Source: Eremomyces bilateralis CBS 781.70
Taxonomy: Eukaryota
Strand: one strand, 5' to 3'
Assembly: GCA_010015585.1 (NCBI GenBank)
Contig: ML975168.1
DNA: 64,000 bases
Below the pieces are notes generated by a model, which was not told the DNA's origin, did no database searches, and saw only the letters and a list, made by a program, of their open reading frames with translations. Of this stretch, positions 61,696 through 64,000 are shown one piece after another; within the stretch, counting starts at the first letter, position 1; each line of letters opens with the position of its first letter. The position numbers and the translations under genes are program-made.

Positions 61696-64000
61696 ATGGC
61701 GACCGATCTACAATCTATTGCGGCTCTCTTGGATGCCAGTTTGGATCCAAAGCAGAACAAGCAAGGTAAGTGCTCTTTTGATATGGAGAGACGCTGTTCG
61801 CTTTCGGCGTCGTATGAAAAAGAGAACGCGAAGGACGGAACATATTCTTCTTTGTGCCTCTTATGTTTTGACTATTTCCATGTCTCGTCTCTATCCTTGT
61901 GGAGTTCATAGCTAACTAAGGTGTGTCACTACAGCGGAGCTGGCAATCAGACAAAATGAAGCTGCCCCGGGTTTCTCACTTGCGCTTCTCCATATCGTGG
62001 CTTCAAACTCGTTTCCATTGAACACCCGACTAGCGAGCTCTCTCTACTTCAAGAATTTCATAAGGCGCAACTGGAGAACTCTGGAAGGCGAGTACAAACT
62101 GCCACAGTCGGAAGTGGAGAGCATCAAACATGAGATCATCGGGTTGATGATCTCATCGCCGCCCTCGATACAATCGCAACTTGGGGAAGCCGTCAGCGTG
62201 ATCGCGGAAAGTGATTTCCCGGAGCAATGGGACTCTCTCATAGATGACCTCGCATCTCGACTCACCGCCGATAATCCGACCGTGAACAATGGAGTCCTTC
62301 GCGTGGCGCATTCAATATGCGAAAGATGGCGTCCTCTGACCCAAAGCGACGAGCTGTATCTGGAGATTCTCCATGTTATCAGCAAGTTCGGCAACGCATT
62401 CCTGACGCTCCTTCAAAGCACCGACCAGGCAATCACAAGCAATGCATCCAATAAAGAGCCGCTCGAGCAATGGGTGACGACGCTCTACTTGCTGATGCAG
62501 CTTTTCTACGACCTGACCTGTCATGACTTGGCCCCGGTATTTGAGGACAATTTCAAGGGACTCCAGGGGCTGTTCAACAAATACCTTTTATATTCTAATC
62601 CTCTTCTGGAGACGGACGATGACTCGGAGGCCGGGGTGCTCGAGAATACCAAGTCTGCCATTTTTGAAATTCTGAGCCTCTTTGGCCTCAAATATTCGGA
62701 CGTATTCGACGACGTTACTCGCGATTTCATCCAGAGCTCGTGGACCCTCCTGACTGGAATTGGCATGGAAACGAAGTACGACGTCTTGGTCAGCAAAGCC
62801 CTTCACTTCCTGACCACCGTTTGCATGAAAGAGAAGCATGCTGCCGAGTCCTTCAGTGATGAGAATGTCCTTACCCAGGTCGTGGAAAAGATCATTGTTT
62901 CGAACCTCACCCTCCGAGAATCCGATATTGAACAATTTGAAGACGAGCCGATCGAGTACATCCGAAGAGATCTGGAAGGTTCTGACGCCGAGACTCGACG
63001 AGGTGCTGCAACGGACTTCCTCCGGGGACTCATGTCTCATCTGGAGAAGCCGGCCACGGCAATTGCCTTGAAGCTCATAGAAGAGCACCTTGGACTTTTC
63101 GCACAGGACAAGGTGAAGAACTGGAAGTCGAAGGATCTTGCCGGCTACCTGTTCACCGCAGTCGGTGCCAAAGGCAAGGCCACCGCGACTGCGGGTGTCG
63201 TGACGACGAACCCACACCTAAACATCAGCAACTTCCTGACCACCAACATCCTCCCCGACCTGACGAGCACGAATATCCACCCGATCTTGCAGGTTGACGC
63301 GATCAAGTTTGTCTATGTGTTCCGATCCCAGTTGACTCAAGAAAATTGGGGAACCGCATTCCCACTGCTTGTCCAACATCTCCAATCATCGAACTACTGC
63401 ATCTACACATCGGCATCAATTGCACTGGAGAGAGCGTTGGCCCTCCAAGTCAATGGACAACCGCTCATATCAAAGGACGCTGTGATCAACCTATCGAAGG
63501 ATCTTCTGGAACATTTGCTGAACCTGATCCAACAAGATCCTGCTCCGGAGAAGATTCAAGAGAACGAGTTCCTCATGAAATGCGTCATGCGAGTGTTGAT
63601 CGTGGTGCAAGACGGGATTACACCACTTGTGGATTATCTTCTATCCAGCTGGGTAAAAATCACCATGGCAATTATGAAGAATCCCAGCAATCCACGATTC
63701 TACTACTACCACTTTGAAGCGGCAGGGGCCCTCATCCGTTTTGTCGCTCCGTCTCAGTCCGCCAAATTCGAGGATACCCTCTCACAGCCCTTCGTGATGG
63801 TATTGCAGGAAGACGTAGTGGAATTCATGCCATACGTCTTCCAGCTCCTTGCCGCATTGCTCGAAGCGAACCCCTCTGGTTCCCTTTCCGAACTTCACAA
63901 ATCTCTCATCCAACCCATCCTCTTGCCGAATCTGTGGGAAACGAAAGGCAACGTTCCCGCTCTGGTTCGCTTGCTCGCCGCGATCCTCGTTCGCGGTGCT
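61696..64000 (+). CDS. CSE1: Importin-alpha re-exporter (exportin-2), runs off window end
   Basis: MATDLQSIAALLDASLDPKQNKQ|AELAIRQ...RLASSLYFKNFIRRNW (importin-beta N domain), QFEDEPIEYIRRDLEGSD and NPSNPRFYYYHFE. Intron 61766-61934. Confidence 0.95.

Noticed and set aside
60998..61915. 305-aa plus ORF and 140-aa minus ORF in the TSC2/CSE1 intergenic region
   Set aside because: No ATG start or domain. The repeated RRQGDK peptide comes from the DNA octamer repeats, and the ORF runs out of frame into CSE1 exon 1 and its intron.

Overview
Eukaryotic DNA from a filamentous ascomycete (Pezizomycotina; short ~50-60 nt GT-AG introns with CTAAC/CTGAC branch points, so the six-frame ORF track only shows exon fragments). 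I reconstructed about 25 genes by hand. Conserved housekeeping blocks lie at 2.7-8.6 kb (GT8, MTQ1, SKI8, DES1), 15-17.4 kb (steroid 5-alpha-reductase family, SEC17) and 44-64 kb (carnitine acetyltransferase, YHM2, citrate synthase, TSC2, CSE1). Between them is an accessory-looking block (~17.5-44 kb). It holds an intact kinase-HET fusion, a second HET-6-like gene, an ADP-ribosyltransferase-like orphan, RNase T2, a LaeA-like methyltransferase, a GNAT and a secreted PHM-like copper-motif protein. It also holds a 5'-truncated LINE with a perfect 15-bp TSD and several disabled genes (F-box, BTB, a membrane protein). Other notable features: a His-rich repeat tail on a secreted BBE-like oxidase, a 596-nt open-frame terminal intron in the carnitine acetyltransferase, a GC-AG intron in SKI8, and a 32-bp inverted repeat in the TSC2/CSE1 divergent promoter. 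All calls come from motif recognition by eye; no database searches were run.
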